IMG/VR virus record: IMGVR_UViG_3300023218_000062
Reading direction: 5' to 3' (one strand)
Source: a virus
Taxonomy: Duplodnaviria; Caudoviricetes
Length of the DNA stretch: 64,000 nt
In this document: positions 13,793-25,414 of the stretch, in pieces
Numbering within the stretch: the stretch's first letter is position 1
Layout of the letters: each line of letters begins with the position of its first letter
The notes under the pieces: generated by a model
The model's input: the letters and a program-made list of their open reading frames with translations, nothing else
What the model was told of the DNA's origin: nothing
Databases searched by the model: none
Program-made: the position numbers and the translations under genes

Positions 13793-16092
13793 TAGATATC
13801 ACAACCTTTTGTTCCGACGCATGCTTGTGATGCAAGGGTATCGGCATCTGTATAAACCTGATGTTCTTCGACTACATTTTCCCAATCTATCTCTTCATAT
13901 TCTCTAGTTAAATCACACCATGTTTTCCACAATGATACATGTTTCAAACAATGAGTCATTTTTCTTATATTACCGTCGAAATATCGTTGAGCAAATTGTT
14001 TAGCTCTTCTCACCCAATCTCGTTTGGCGAACCACTCATCATATTCTTCTTTTTTAGTATAAAATTCGGCTACACTCTTACTTGTGGCTTTATTGGGAAA
14101 TGTGGGAACTTCATGTATCTCTTTTAAATCTTCACCAAAACCTAATGTAGTATCGCATGCCTTCCAGAGATTATTTCCAAACGCTGCCAGCCCATCTACA
14201 ATTAACCCGGATGCAAACACCGAAGCATTTCCATATTCTTTGAATAATTCATTTGGATTTAATACTGTGGCGAAAGGTGCTTGTGGATAGTCAAGATCTC
14301 CCGCTGCTGCGAGCAATGATATTCCTGTAAAATATGCACGGTTTTTGTATATATAATCACACACTTCATCCCATTCATCATCCTGCACCGTTATCGTGTT
14401 TGATACATTATGAGTAACGGTTTCATTTAAAGCTCTTTCAGGCATATTACCGGCAAGAACCCAATGCTTTTGAGCAGTCTTAACACTATCTAGAAGGCTT
14501 GTTGCGCTGATCTGGTTTTTAACAATGGACCCAGCCGGAACCTCGCATAAGAACGATATTACCTCATCAGTTTGATTGGCACTCCATACTGATTCTTCAA
14601 CTGCAATAGGATTGACTTCTTTAAATTTCTGTATAGGAAACTCTTGTTTGTTACCTTGAACTCTACGGATATATCTTTTTGCGTGGTGTGGGTGAATTCC
14701 TGATGCAGTTTTTAGAACACAACTGGTGCTTCCCGCTGGCTTACTGCAAGTTAGCCTAGCTGCAGGGTTTATTCCTATCATTTTGGCAATTTCTTCGTTC
14801 TTTTTCTTTATCTCTTTGGCACCCTTCTCTAATATTTTTTTATCAAACAATATATCCGGGTTATCCATCCAGCCTGTTATACTGCACCCTAATAATGCCT
14901 CATGCTTAACTATTTCTTCAGTCGTTTTCCCTAAATATGGGAAATCATTATAACCTGCTTGCAACGTGCCAATTATAGCGGAAGCTCGGCATGCCTCTAG
15001 AAATTTTTCTTCATCCGTACACCATTTACCATTTATTTCTGTAAGATTGCAGAAATTTACTCCACTATCTCCGTTTGGAAGTACTGGCCAGAATCCTATT
15101 TCGCAACATGGGTTGGTCGTTGTAGCGTAGTCATCGTCAACAAAGAAAAATCCGGGTTCACCGCATTGTTTTATGCTTTCAAATATTTCTTTGAATTCTG
15201 TTTTAGTAACATCCGACCTTTTAAGCACTACGGAGTTATTGCTCCTGCCTCGCTGCGGATTTGTTATGAACCAATCGCCAGTCTTAGCGTTCATCATTTG
15301 TTTGTCATCCTTGGAAAACAAACATATAGTCGCACTTCTTCTAAGACCGCCTGATATAACAAAATCGGATGCATGCATTAAAATGTCGTAACAATCTATG
15401 GGATTGAGTGGTATAGGGCCATCGGCATCTGCTAATCTAGACTCTATTAATTTTTTAATTTTTTCTAATCCTCTCTGTAATGGTTCAGGACCGGGGGCCT
15501 TGAATTGTCCTGCAATTAGGGATCCCTTTGGACGGATTTCGTCAAAATTAAATTGTACTGTTTTTCCGCTATATTCTGAGAATTCGCCACCATCTACAAA
15601 GTATGATGACAATAATACTCCAACAGCATCAGCCCACCCCTCACAAGAGTCTGGTACTGTAAAAGTTTTTATTGATTTTGCTTTATTATTTTTGAATATT
15701 TTTGGGAGTTTACGTATGTGATGTTTCTGAACAGAAAACCCTACTCCACATCCTGCCAAGAGCAACCACACAACTTGCTGGAAAGATCTAGGTTTATCAA
15801 CTAATAGAGAGCTACAGTTATATATTCTTTCATTGCGCTTGAGTATGTGTTCCCCACCGTATTGAAGGGCTCGTTGAGCCCCCAAAACCCGTTTCTTTTT
15901 AACTTGACCTTCTGCAAACTCTAATTCTTTTTGTAATTCTGGACTTTTTATTAATATGTCAGAATATTTTTCCCTATGCATTTCGAAAACTCTATCTACT
16001 GCTTCTGTCCATGTTTCTCGTCTTTGTTTCTCTGGAAGGTAATTGGCGTATTTGGCATAAAAAGTGTAATCTGATAGGGCTTTAACTGACAT
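13792..16092 (-). CDS. nrdJ: class II (adenosylcobalamin-dependent) ribonucleotide reductase
   Basis: ETW.EAVDRV, RRSA, TNPCCEI, CNLTE and KPAGSTS motifs; no beta subunit adjacent. Confidence 0.9.
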   Translation of the reverse strand: MSVKALSDYTFYAKYANYLPEKQRRETWTEAVDRVFEMHREKYSDILIKSPELQKELEFAEGQVKKKRVLGAQRALQYGGEHILKRNERIYNCSSLLVDKPRSFQQVVWLLLAGCGVGFSVQKHHIRKLPKIFKNNKAKSIKTFTVPDSCEGWADAVGVLLSSYFVDGGEFSEYSGKTVQFNFDEIRPKGSLIAGQFKAPGPEPLQRGLEKIKKLIESRLADADGPIPLNPIDCYDILMHASDFVISGGLRRSATICLFSKDDKQMMNAKTGDWFITNPQRGRSNNSVVLKRSDVTKTEFKEIFESIKQCGEPGFFFVDDDYATTTNPCCEIGFWPVLPNGDSGVNFCNLTEINGKWCTDEEKFLEACRASAIIGTLQAGYNDFPYLGKTTEEIVKHEALLGCSITGWMDNPDILFDKKILEKGAKEIKKKNEEIAKMIGINPAARLTCSKPAGSTSCVLKTASGIHPHHAKRYIRRVQGNKQEFPIQKFKEVNPIAVEESVWSANQTDEVISFLCEVPAGSIVKNQISATSLLDSVKTAQKHWVLAGNMPERALNETVTHNVSNTITVQDDEWDEVCDYIYKNRAYFTGISLLAAAGDLDYPQAPFATVLNPNELFKEYGNASVFASGLIVDGLAAFGNNLWKACDTTLGFGEDLKEIHEVPTFPNKATSKSVAEFYTKKEEYDEWFAKRDWVRRAKQFAQRYFDGNIRKMTHCLKHVSLWKTWCDLTREYEEIDWENVVEEHQVYTDADTLASQACVGTKGCDI

Positions 16093-16198
16093 GAAAAATC
16101 TCCTTATTTTTGTCTATATATTTGCTGGGTAAGGTTTATTTATTTTCTATAAAACGTAAAGCTAAAATACTTTAATAAACATACCTTTAGTTTTGCAA

Positions 16199-16744
16199 TT
16201 AACTTGACGCGATTATTTTTAACAATTCTGTATAGTCTGGATGTTTACTTTTTTTAACGGCATAATAGTACGGTATATTATAAAATATAATTTCATTTCC
16301 AGAAAACAGAGCGTCCTCTAACTTATGCTCGTTTTGTTTATATGAGTACTCGATCATATCTTTGAATGTAATTTTTGCACTAGTGCCATCCATCGTCGTC
16401 TGTAAATTATCGTATATTTTAGAATATTCTCGATAGTAATCTATATCCGGATTATACAAAAATTTATATCCGGTTATCGGAAATACATAAAAAGCCTCTT
16501 TATCTGGATTTTCTTCAGCATGTGGTCCGTTACAGAAAATCGACCTGCCATGAATTTCTTTATATTCATTTTCAAACGCTTCATCAAAGAGTTGTGAAAA
16601 GTTGTCTTTAGTTTTCTTCTTTCGAACTTTTACCTTTTTTATAAAACGACCGTCAAAGAATAGATTTTTTTGGGCGTAGTTTCCCTTTGATTCCGAAATG
16701 AAATCGTTACATTCGGTTTTTATTTTATATAAAATATTGCTCAT
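16199..16744 (-). CDS. hypothetical protein
   Basis: ORF track. Confidence 0.7.
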   Translation of the reverse strand: MSNILYKIKTECNDFISESKGNYAQKNLFFDGRFIKKVKVRKKKTKDNFSQLFDEAFENEYKEIHGRSIFCNGPHAEENPDKEAFYVFPITGYKFLYNPDIDYYREYSKIYDNLQTTMDGTSAKITFKDMIEYSYKQNEHKLEDALFSGNEIIFYNIPYYYAVKKSKHPDYTELLKIIASS

Positions 16745-16794
16745 ATATTAACTATAAATAACCTTACTCATCATATTGTGAATATTATACCAGC

Positions 16795-17430
16795 ATGACA
16801 CAGACAATTAAAGACTTTGAACAAGATGTTTCTGGAAAAGATATTTATCTTATTGGTGGTGGAACATCATTTAAACCAGAAAAGTATATCCCCTTGCTCC
16901 CTAAATCACAAGTCATTTGCATAAATTCAGCGCTAGAAGATTTTGATAATTGTCTTGCTGCTACATGGTTTGACGATACATGGATGAAAAGTAACATTAA
17001 ATTATTAAAAGAAAAAAGGCATAAACATGGAATTAAATTTACTAAAGGTGAAAAACGACTAGAAACTAATAAGGGTCGAGATTATTTGTCTATTCACAAT
17101 GCTAGTACCAAGGATTTTAGCGTAAACAAAGAAAAATATGATGTATGTGGAAACAATACAGGATCCTGTACTATTCATCTTCTTGATCAATTAGGTGTAA
17201 ATACAATTTATCTGCTGGGATTTGACTGTCGTGAAGAAAATGGTAGATCTCATTATCACAATAGATATAACAAATATGTCAAACAACAATCATACAATAG
17301 AAGTTTTTTACCTAATTTCGAACAATTATCTAAGCATATAAAAAATTCTACAGTTGTGAATTTATCTGAAAATACAAAAATTAAAAGTTTCAAAAGAGCT
17401 AGAATAGAAAGTATTTTAACATATAAATAG
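16795..17430 (+). CDS. DUF115/MAF_flag10-like glycosyltransferase-fold protein
   Basis: IYLIGGGTSF, ICINSA, GNNTG..TIHL...GVNTIYLLGFDC; TATAAATA upstream at 16753-16760. Confidence 0.7.
   Translation: MTQTIKDFEQDVSGKDIYLIGGGTSFKPEKYIPLLPKSQVICINSALEDFDNCLAATWFDDTWMKSNIKLLKEKRHKHGIKFTKGEKRLETNKGRDYLSIHNASTKDFSVNKEKYDVCGNNTGSCTIHLLDQLGVNTIYLLGFDCREENGRSHYHNRYNKYVKQQSYNRSFLPNFEQLSKHIKNSTVVNLSENTKIKSFKRARIESILTYK
17422..17429 (+). promoter_or_regulatory. T4-like late promoter TATAAATA
   Basis: Exact consensus about 24 bp upstream of the ATG at 17453. Confidence 0.55.
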
Positions 17431-17452
17431 TTAAATTAGAGATTTTAAATTG

Positions 17453-19426
17453 ATGGCAACTATAAGATATAAATGCGATGCCTGTTTGCGAGAAGTAGAG
17501 CTTTTAGAGAACAAAACAGGGTTAACTACTCTATCAAATTGTATTATTACAGAGAATTGTAGGGGGTCATTATTCAAAATAAGAAGAAATAATCGTTCTC
17601 GTGTCAGCTTTGGTGAGGAAGATATTGATTTGAATAACAACCTTATGAATCGTAAGGAACGAAAAGTATTTTTTCCCTTTTCCAAAGATATTCCATCAAA
17701 ACGCTGGGTTGTTCGACATAACTTAGGTTCCTTTCCGGCTATTTCTGTCTTTATTGAAACTGATGATGGGATTAATATACGAGAAGCAAATAAGTCAGAA
17801 TATACTAGAAGAGATATCGACAAAAATACTTTAGAAGTTGTATTCAATGCAAACCAGACTGGTAAAGTTCATGCAATATCTAGAAGTATATCTGATCAGG
17901 ATATACCTCAATCTACGCTCGTAGAAAATACAATAAACATATCTCCTAATGGCACTCTTTCTATTGCAGTATTATCCAAAGCATTCGGGGAATCTTCTAT
18001 TGATCCTCAAAACCCTATAGATGTTAGATTTGATGTATCATTAAAAGAACCTAATGAAGAAGAAATTTTCTGCGTAGAAGAATTTAAGAATGGGCTTCGT
18101 TCCCCGTGGAGCGATTATCAGGCTATGTCTTTTAGAAAACGTAGAAATTATATTGTCAAAACAGTAAATTTATTGGATCTTAAAGTCATACAAGAAAGAT
18201 ACAATTCTTTAACTGAAATACCCGAATTGACTGAATTTAAGTTTAACAGTATTAGTTATAATGGATCTGTTTTTAAACCCATCCGATCAAAAAATGCTTT
18301 AATTTTGTTATCTTCTCCACCCTATACTAAATCAGATAAAATTATGGATAAAATTATAGATTTAGGTGAGCGAAATGAAGAAACAAGCGGACGAAAATAT
18401 ATTTTTTCTAATGGAAAGTTATTTGCAGTTGAAGATGATATAGAAAGAGTATATCCCCCTATAGAAAAAGATGATATTCTTTTTAAGGTCGATGATTCTT
18501 TTGGAATTGCACCTACACCTACTCCTACACCATCAGTATCTGAGAGTGCTACACCTACACCTACACCTACTCCTACACCATCAGTATCTGAGAGTGCTAC
18601 ACCTACTCCTACACCATCAGTATCTGAGAGTGCTACACCTACACCTACACCTACTCCTACACCATCAGTATCTGAGAGTGCTACACCTACTCCTACTCCT
18701 ACACCATCAGTATCATCAAATCTTTGGAGTCCAGCAGATACAACAACCTCTCTTTGGTTAGAAGGCTCAAATAGTAGTTCTTTTATATTAGATGGGAGTC
18801 TAATTGATTTATGGAAAGACTTATCCACTAACAATAGAGATGCATCACCTCCTTCTGGTAGACCTGCATATGATGCCCAAAATGGCGCTGTTGTATATGA
18901 TGCAAGTGAGCAATTACTAGCTCCACAATTTAATTTCTCGGAAGGTGTTGTTGCAATAGTAGCAGAACAAACGAACCCGTCGTCGACGCAACAAAATACT
19001 ATAATACGAGATGATAGTTCAGGAAATTGGAGACATCTTTTAAGATGGGTAAATCCTTCATCAGCGAGCGACTTTAATGCATTTATACAAACTGATTTAG
19101 CAGAGGGTATTGCTACCGTGACCTTGCCAAATGATCGAATTTTACTTATTGTTCGATGGATGGCAAGTGATGAATTACATATAGTACGAGAATCAGGCAA
19201 TATTATATATAATGAAACCCTAATTGGAAATAACTTATTACCAGCAAATGATATCAGCATTGGATCACACCCTACTGGTATAAATGGATTAAGAGGTAAT
19301 TTACACGAACTTATATATTTCCCAATGGATTCAGATATAGAAAAAGTCGAAGGTTATCTAGCGCACAAGTGGCAACTCACTAATAGATTGCCCACAAGCC
19401 ATCCGTATAAAAACAGTCCGCCTTGA
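17453..19426 (+). CDS. putative virion protein: N-terminal domain, Pro/Thr/Ser linker and LamG-like C-terminal domain
   Basis: [10 protein letters not shown] repeats; the C-terminus [23 protein letters not shown] is paralogous to the end of 47556-48023. Confidence 0.75.
   Translation: MATIRYKCDACLREVELLENKTGLTTLSNCIITENCRGSLFKIRRNNRSRVSFGEEDIDLNNNLMNRKERKVFFPFSKDIPSKRWVVRHNLGSFPAISVFIETDDGINIREANKSEYTRRDIDKNTLEVVFNANQTGKVHAISRSISDQDIPQSTLVENTINISPNGTLSIAVLSKAFGESSIDPQNPIDVRFDVSLKEPNEEEIFCVEEFKNGLRSPWSDYQAMSFRKRRNYIVKTVNLLDLKVIQERYNSLTEIPELTEFKFNSISYNGSVFKPIRSKNALILLSSPPYTKSDKIMDKIIDLGERNEETSGRKYIFSNGKLFAVEDDIERVYPPIEKDDILFKVDDSFGIAPTPTPTPSVSESATPTPTPTPTPSVSESATPTPTPSVSESATPTPTPTPTPSVSESATPTPTPTPSVSSNLWSPADTTTSLWLEGSNSSSFILDGSLIDLWKDLSTNNRDASPPSGRPAYDAQNGAVVYDASEQLLAPQFNFSEGVVAIVAEQTNPSSTQQNTIIRDDSSGNWRHLLRWVNPSSASDFNAFIQTDLAEGIATVTLPNDRILLIVRWMASDELHIVRESGNIIYNETLIGNNLLPANDISIGSHPTGINGLRGNLHELIYFPMDSDIEKVEGYLAHKWQLTNRLPTSHPYKNSPP
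18511..18714 (+). repeat. (TP)nSVSESA coding repeat
   Basis: Unit ACACCATCAGTATCTGAGAGTGCTACACCTAC(T/A)CCT. Confidence 0.95.
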
Positions 19427-19432
19427 CTTTAA

Positions 19433-19477
19433 TTATCAAAAAGTAAAAATCCTTCCTTCAAGGAGAAGAGTTGTCAA
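19433..19477 (-). terminator. terminator-like hairpin after thyA, resembling an IS200/IS605 end
   Basis: Hairpin plus T-tract on the minus strand; similar to 62499-62543. Confidence 0.4.
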
Positions 19478-19488
19478 AAGTGTAGAAC

Positions 19489-20451
19489 TTAAACACTAAA
19501 AGGATATTTTATGGCTGGATCAGGAGTATAATTTTCCAACTTAAAATCATTTATGGTAATATTGTTTTCCACCTCTTCAAGTGAATTAACGTTTGGGACC
19601 TTTAATATAGGAGAGTTTTTTGGGGCTCTATTCATTTGTTCTTCGAAAAGATTTACTTGATTTTCATATATATGAATATCCGACATAAAATGTGTAAACG
19701 TACCTGCCTTCAGACCTGTAATAGATGCAACGATTTTTAACAGTAAGCAATAACTAACAATATTGAACGGTATTCCAATAGGAAAATCACATGACCTTTG
19801 GGTCATTGTTATGTTCAAATAGTCGCCTAATATACTAAACATATAAATCATGTGACAGGGAGGTAGGGCCATTTTATCAAGTTCCCCGGGATTCCAATGA
19901 TTAACAATTAATCTTCTATTATCATTTCTTTTTTTTAATTCTTCAATACAATTTTTAAGTTGGTCAATAGATTTTTCATTTGAGCTTTGCCATTTTCTCG
20001 CTTGAACTCCATAAATTCTGCCTAAATCATCTTTCCCCCTTCTATTAGGATTATTTAACCAGTAATCATTTTCATTAGCATTAGAATCCCAAATTTTGCA
20101 TCCTTCTTTGCGAAAATCTGCTGCATTGTCATAGCCTTTTATGAACCCTAAAAGCTCTGCTATTGCCGGTGTAATATTCATTTTTTTAGTAGTTAATAGA
20201 GGAAACTGGTCGGTGTTACTAAGATTAAATTGCATCATATCCCCGATAATGGTAAGACATTTACTATTTGTTCTATTATTAAATTTCCATTGGCCTTCGT
20301 TTAGTATTTTTTTTCCAACCCGTAGATATTCTTTGTCATATTTTTTCATGCATTTTTCTATATCTGCTTTATAGCCGGTACTGCAATCATAGCATTCTCT
20401 TCCTACTAAGTAATAATCCATCTGTGTAAGACATTTACTTTCTTCTTTCAT
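19489..20451 (-). CDS. thyA: thymidylate synthase
   Basis: FPLLTTKK, DLGRIYG.Q, MALPPCH, QRSCD...PFN and DIHIYENQ; start placed at the ATG at 20451. Confidence 0.95.
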   Translation of the reverse strand: MKEESKCLTQMDYYLVGRECYDCSTGYKADIEKCMKKYDKEYLRVGKKILNEGQWKFNNRTNSKCLTIIGDMMQFNLSNTDQFPLLTTKKMNITPAIAELLGFIKGYDNAADFRKEGCKIWDSNANENDYWLNNPNRRGKDDLGRIYGVQARKWQSSNEKSIDQLKNCIEELKKRNDNRRLIVNHWNPGELDKMALPPCHMIYMFSILGDYLNITMTQRSCDFPIGIPFNIVSYCLLLKIVASITGLKAGTFTHFMSDIHIYENQVNLFEEQMNRAPKNSPILKVPNVNSLEEVENNITINDFKLENYTPDPAIKYPFSV

Positions 20452-20559
20452 AATAAATTTCCTTTTATTTTTAAAATATATATTGATATTATATATGGAT
20501 TTAAAGAACAGCACAAGAGCAATAATATAAATATCATACATATAAAATAACATATCCCC

Positions 20560-22977
20560 ATGAAAGAAGGTTTGAACATAGATTTTAATACTAGAGTTTT
20601 AATAACAGAACACAACATTGACGAAATACATAGTGAAGGAGATGTTCTGCTAGATAAATCAAATGCCATTCATTCACAAAATATGGCTCGGGCTATTTCA
20701 AGAGCATTGTCTAGAGAACCTAATTCTTTTATTCATAGAATAGCTTTCGGAAACGGTGGTAGTTTCACTGATGCAGGAGAAACTACTATAATAAATCTAC
20801 CTAATGATGGTACTAGGGGAGATGGATGGGAATCTAGGCTATACAATGAAACATATTCAGAAATAATAGATGAAAATAATATTTTGGTGGGTACAGATCC
20901 GGGGTCATCTGGACCAAATTCTACTAGAATCGGTGGTGGATCAGTACCCAGTGAAGACCCTGAAGGGACCGGGGTTATATCTCTCGAAGTAGGTAGGAAA
21001 TCTAATATAATCGCTACTATGTTTTTAAATAAAAGTGAGCCTATTAGTCAATTGAGCCAAGGAACGATTGACACGGAGATAATTGCGGAAGAAAAATCTT
21101 TTGAATTTGATGAATTAGGTTTTTATACGACAGGCCAGCCTGCATCGCCTGCTCCAGCATCTTCTGTTATTGATGTTGGGAATAAAACATCGGAAGACCC
21201 TATCCCAACATCCATGTTGGGGAGCCAACTAAGTTTAAGTTATGAGATAAATGGTAATGAAAAGCAAACTGTATTTATAATCCCAAACATAGGTTCCGGG
21301 CCGCAGGGAGAAGTAACTTTCGGAGATTTGGCAGAAGGTATCAACACTGGTTCATGGTTTTCTAATAGTCCCGGCGATGATAGTACCACATTGATTAAAG
21401 TAACAATAACAGATCGTACTCCGGGTGCAGTATATCCAACTATTGCCGGTTCAGAAACGTTTGGGTTTTTGGTTTTTGAAAGTCTAACTGCCGGTGCAGG
21501 TAATACATTAAAACTTAATTGTAATTCAATTGGATCAGATATTTTATTTAATCTTACTGGAAATTGTGCGAAAATTGATGCCTCTATAAATACAGGGGTG
21601 GACGCTGGGGTTGCCAATGATGCGGAAAATCCTCAAAATGAAAGAGAGCGATTACTGACTCATCTTACATTTTCGCCCATTTTGAAAAAAGAAAATAGGG
21701 TATTAAAAATAGTATATACTCTCACCGTTTCAGTTTCACAAACCGGTGATTGTGTTCCAAACATAGAAAATAATATTCCCCCTATATCTCCAACCCCTAC
21801 ACCATCGGTATCTGATAGTGCTACACCTACCCCTACACCATCGGTATCTGAGAGTGCTACACCTACTCCTACACCATCAGTATCTGAGAGTGCTACACCT
21901 ACACCTACACCATCAGTATCTGAGAGTGCTACACCTACACCTACTCCTACACCATCAATGGGAGTAATATCTGAGAGTGCTACACCGACTCCTACACCAT
22001 CAATGGTGGGAGTAATATCTGAGAGTGCTACACCGACTCCTACACCATCAGTATCTGAGAGTGCTACACCTACACCTACACCTACACCTACTCCTACACC
22101 ATCAGTATCTGAGAGTGCTACACCTACACCTACTCCTACACCTAGCCCTAGTGCTGCAGTTCCAATGATATTAACTATGGACACCACCCTAAATCCAACT
22201 GGCACCGATGTAACATTGCCAATGAAAGGGCCGGGGGATGTTAGTGTTGACTGGGGTGATGGTACTGTAGATAGTTTCCAAAATAATACTGTAGACAGCC
22301 TGTTACAGTCCAGTCCACATAGTTATCCAGTTGATGGCGTATATACTATTACAATTACTGGAACATTAACCAAATTTGGTGATTTCGCTATAGATATGAA
22401 TGGAATTACCGGTGTTAATTCTTTCGGAGAATTAGGGATTACTAGCTTAAATGGGGCTCTATATAATTCAATAGAATTAACTACTTTACCAGATAACATT
22501 CCATCCTCTGTTACCGACATGTCATTCATGTTTTTGGTTGATCCAGATAAGCCCAAGAGTTTTAATATTAATATAAATTCATGGGATGTTAGTAATATTG
22601 TCAATATGGCTGGTTTATTCATGGGATGTATTTCGTTTAATCAACCATTAAATAATTGGGTCACCTCAAATGTTACTGATATGTCATTTATGTTTAATGG
22701 CGCAAGTTCCTTTAATGGTGATATTACAACATGGGATACATCATCTGCGAATAACATGACTACTATGTTCCAAAATGCTGAAGTCTTTAATCAAGATATT
22801 TCAAATTGGAATGTTTCTAATGTTACTAACATGGATTTTATGTTCTGGACTGCTTCAGCATTTAATCAAAATTTAAGCGGATGGTGTGTTACTAATATAA
22901 CATCGGAGCCAACTGGATTTAGTGATAATTCCCCCTTATCAACAGGAAATAAACCTGTTTGGGGAACGTGTCCTTAA
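20560..22977 (+). CDS. putative virion protein: tail-associated N-terminal domain, Pro/Thr/Ser linker, PKD-like and DUF285/BspA repeats
   Basis: IHRIAFGNGG, FEFDELG, VDWGDG and WDVSNVTNM..MF repeats; TATAAATA upstream at 20526-20533. Confidence 0.75.
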   Translation: MKEGLNIDFNTRVLITEHNIDEIHSEGDVLLDKSNAIHSQNMARAISRALSREPNSFIHRIAFGNGGSFTDAGETTIINLPNDGTRGDGWESRLYNETYSEIIDENNILVGTDPGSSGPNSTRIGGGSVPSEDPEGTGVISLEVGRKSNIIATMFLNKSEPISQLSQGTIDTEIIAEEKSFEFDELGFYTTGQPASPAPASSVIDVGNKTSEDPIPTSMLGSQLSLSYEINGNEKQTVFIIPNIGSGPQGEVTFGDLAEGINTGSWFSNSPGDDSTTLIKVTITDRTPGAVYPTIAGSETFGFLVFESLTAGAGNTLKLNCNSIGSDILFNLTGNCAKIDASINTGVDAGVANDAENPQNERERLLTHLTFSPILKKENRVLKIVYTLTVSVSQTGDCVPNIENNIPPISPTPTPSVSDSATPTPTPSVSESATPTPTPSVSESATPTPTPSVSESATPTPTPTPSMGVISESATPTPTPSMVGVISESATPTPTPSVSESATPTPTPTPTPTPSVSESATPTPTPTPSPSAAVPMILTMDTTLNPTGTDVTLPMKGPGDVSVDWGDGTVDSFQNNTVDSLLQSSPHSYPVDGVYTITITGTLTKFGDFAIDMNGITGVNSFGELGITSLNGALYNSIELTTLPDNIPSSVTDMSFMFLVDPDKPKSFNININSWDVSNIVNMAGLFMGCISFNQPLNNWVTSNVTDMSFMFNGASSFNGDITTWDTSSANNMTTMFQNAEVFNQDISNWNVSNVTNMDFMFWTASAFNQNLSGWCVTNITSEPTGFSDNSPLSTGNKPVWGTCP
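21790..22150 (+). repeat. (TP)nSVSESA coding repeat
   Basis: Same DNA unit as 18511-18714. Confidence 0.95.
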
Positions 22978-24602
22978 TCGTTATATTTATTTTCTACTCG
23001 TTCATCTTTGCCATAATGTGATATTCTATGGTGGGTGATAGGTGACGCTAATATACATCCAACAGTAAGCTTATTTTCTCTTATTGCAATTTGTGCTTCG
23101 GCCATTAAAGCGCTTTCTGACATTTTTTTATGTGTGTAACAATATTTAATGAATTTATCATTTCCATTTTTACTAAAAAGTATAGGCCAATTACAGTAAT
23201 AATATTCTCCTATATTATATGCTAATCCCCGATAACAATTACTGTAATATAGTTTGGTTCTCATTTCTGGAATATTTTTAAGATATAGAAATTTTTCTTT
23301 TCTGGCGGGGTCTAAATTGTACCATGCCCAATTAGTATGATTGTCACCAAAAAATTCTGAAAAGGTTAATTTTAAGTAATCTAATTCATTTTCTTCTAAT
23401 ATAGAAATTGCTTTGTTAAATAACTGTTTATCATATTTTTTAAAACCTGCATTGCATGTTTCTCCTTCTTTTTCCCTTCCATTAACTAACATATCATCTT
23501 CAAAAAAAATCATATACGAATGTATAGATTTTGCAAAATGTTCGGCTGCATATTGTCTCCCCCCAGTAATTCCTATGTTATTAAATTTATACTCTGTTAA
23601 ATCATATTCTCTTATTATTTTATCATATTCTTTATTAAGTTCTTTATTAGTTGAATTATTTAATAGGTATTTCGGAGATTTTTTGAAAATTTCGGGGAAA
23701 TTTGTTTTAAAAGCAGATAAGCATTTTAATAACTGTTTTGGTGCATTAAAAGTCAAAAAGTATAATGCTAGTTTATTATCATTTTCTTGTTTTCTATTTT
23801 TTACTCTTTCAAAATATGAATTAATTAGTCCATTAGATTCTATCATTTGAACATTAAACAAGTGCTTATGAGTATAACTTATAATAGTGAACACAGACTC
23901 CTCAGTTCCCATGTAGCCCTGTTTTAAACTATCTTCAAGGGTTCGGTAGTATACATCATTAACCTTGTTTACAGCTTCTTTGGTGCCTCCAAAGAATCCT
24001 CCACGACATACATATTTGGTATCTTCACCAGCAAGTTTATTCATTCCTTCTTTTTTAAATCCATGGACTTCATTTTGCCCATTATATGGGAATGCTAGAT
24101 ATAACATTTTGTTCTTTTTAACGTCTTCTATGAGTTTTTTGTCAAATTGATCAACACTAAAATATGATTGTATATTGACGGTATTACTTATTCCTGCATC
24201 TATCCAAAAGAAGTATCTAGAATTAAAAAAGTTGTTTAATACACTATCATTAAGCTTAAATTGCTTTGACATTACTAGTGGGTTATAATATTCTAGTTTT
24301 GCTTGGGGGCTTTGTTCTAGCCACCCTGCCTGTGAATACCAGTTTTTATCATTTCGTATTTTATCTACCTGTTCTTTAAACGGAAAGTGTATATTTCTTA
24401 CAATAACTTTAGTGTTATCTGGCTTTCGATGTTTCCATATAAAATCTGAAACCTCTTTATCACAATAAACCACTAAATTAATATCCTGATCCAGCAATTT
24501 TTTAAACGCTTCGAGGTACTGATTCATAGACCGTTTAAAATTATCTTTTAGATTATCTCGGTTCAAATTATATAATGCAGTAACAAAGGTTATATCATTC
24601 AT
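22974..24602 (-). CDS. HtrL/YibB(WlaTC)-like glycosyltransferase fused to a second GT-like domain
   Basis: TFVTALYNL, FFWIDAG, GGFFGG and GYMGTEESVFT; C-terminal IFFEDD domain. Confidence 0.7.
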   Translation of the reverse strand: MNDITFVTALYNLNRDNLKDNFKRSMNQYLEAFKKLLDQDINLVVYCDKEVSDFIWKHRKPDNTKVIVRNIHFPFKEQVDKIRNDKNWYSQAGWLEQSPQAKLEYYNPLVMSKQFKLNDSVLNNFFNSRYFFWIDAGISNTVNIQSYFSVDQFDKKLIEDVKKNKMLYLAFPYNGQNEVHGFKKEGMNKLAGEDTKYVCRGGFFGGTKEAVNKVNDVYYRTLEDSLKQGYMGTEESVFTIISYTHKHLFNVQMIESNGLINSYFERVKNRKQENDNKLALYFLTFNAPKQLLKCLSAFKTNFPEIFKKSPKYLLNNSTNKELNKEYDKIIREYDLTEYKFNNIGITGGRQYAAEHFAKSIHSYMIFFEDDMLVNGREKEGETCNAGFKKYDKQLFNKAISILEENELDYLKLTFSEFFGDNHTNWAWYNLDPARKEKFLYLKNIPEMRTKLYYSNCYRGLAYNIGEYYYCNWPILFSKNGNDKFIKYCYTHKKMSESALMAEAQIAIRENKLTVGCILASPITHHRISHYGKDERVENKYND

Positions 24603-25393
24603 ATATCAAGTTCCTTGATGATTTTGTTGTACGGTAAATTATAATAATTGTAATAAACACCTATGGCCTCGCCGTTCACAATGTTTTTAGGGTTATTATA
24701 TCCGGCTTTAGCTAATGAAATTCCCAGTTCGTAGCTTTCTCCCCACGGTACACAATCACTTTTTTGTAATATATAATTCAATCTTCTTAGTTCACTTGCA
24801 AACAACTCTATTTTATTATTTTCGTTTTTTAATATAAAAAAATGTTCACTGGGTAACCCTACATTATAGGAATCTGGAGGATTTTCTTTTTTTTCATACA
24901 CTCGTTTTTTATGATTATATATTGAATTTTCTCTATCCCATTCTTGACCTAATGTATCTCCCATTCTTGCACCAACCATATCGTATTCGCCTTTTATAAG
25001 TGTTTCATATATGAAATTTTCGTTTTCGTCTGTTAATTCTAATGCAGAATCGCAATCTATAAAAAAGACGATATCATACTGTTCTATGTTGGGGATATTT
25101 TCAAAACATAGAATTTTTAAAGTGCAATTGAATTTTTTAGGACCATTAATTGCTCTTAAACGTTCTTCATGTTCTGGGATATCAGTAAAAATCTTTAAAT
25201 CTTCTGTGATATTATTACGCGATTTTACTCTGTTTGATTTAATAATATCACCGGGTTTGTTGGTTGATACTAATATATCATGCTTGGTTTTCTGCAATAA
25301 AGATTCTATTAATTGGTTACAATAACTAATATATCTGCCATCAGATTGGTCCACACATAATAGAGTGAACAGTAGTTTACCGTTGGTGTTCAC
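24599..25393 (-). CDS. putative glycosyltransferase
   Basis: VFFIDCD (DxD) and W.DE-like WGES motif; lies in the GT cluster. Confidence 0.5.
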   Translation of the reverse strand: MNTNGKLLFTLLCVDQSDGRYISYCNQLIESLLQKTKHDILVSTNKPGDIIKSNRVKSRNNITEDLKIFTDIPEHEERLRAINGPKKFNCTLKILCFENIPNIEQYDIVFFIDCDSALELTDENENFIYETLIKGEYDMVGARMGDTLGQEWDRENSIYNHKKRVYEKKENPPDSYNVGLPSEHFFILKNENNKIELFASELRRLNYILQKSDCVPWGESYELGISLAKAGYNNPKNIVNGEAIGVYYNYYNLPYNKIIKELDI

Positions 25394-25414
25394 ATTATAA
25401 TCCTGTAAATCAAT

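Noticed and set aside
18322-19260. Antisense ORFs with [12 protein letters not shown] repeats (also 21660-22205, 48129-48494, 49824-50264)
   Set aside because: Shadows of the sense-strand TP repeats, which lack stops on the opposite strand.
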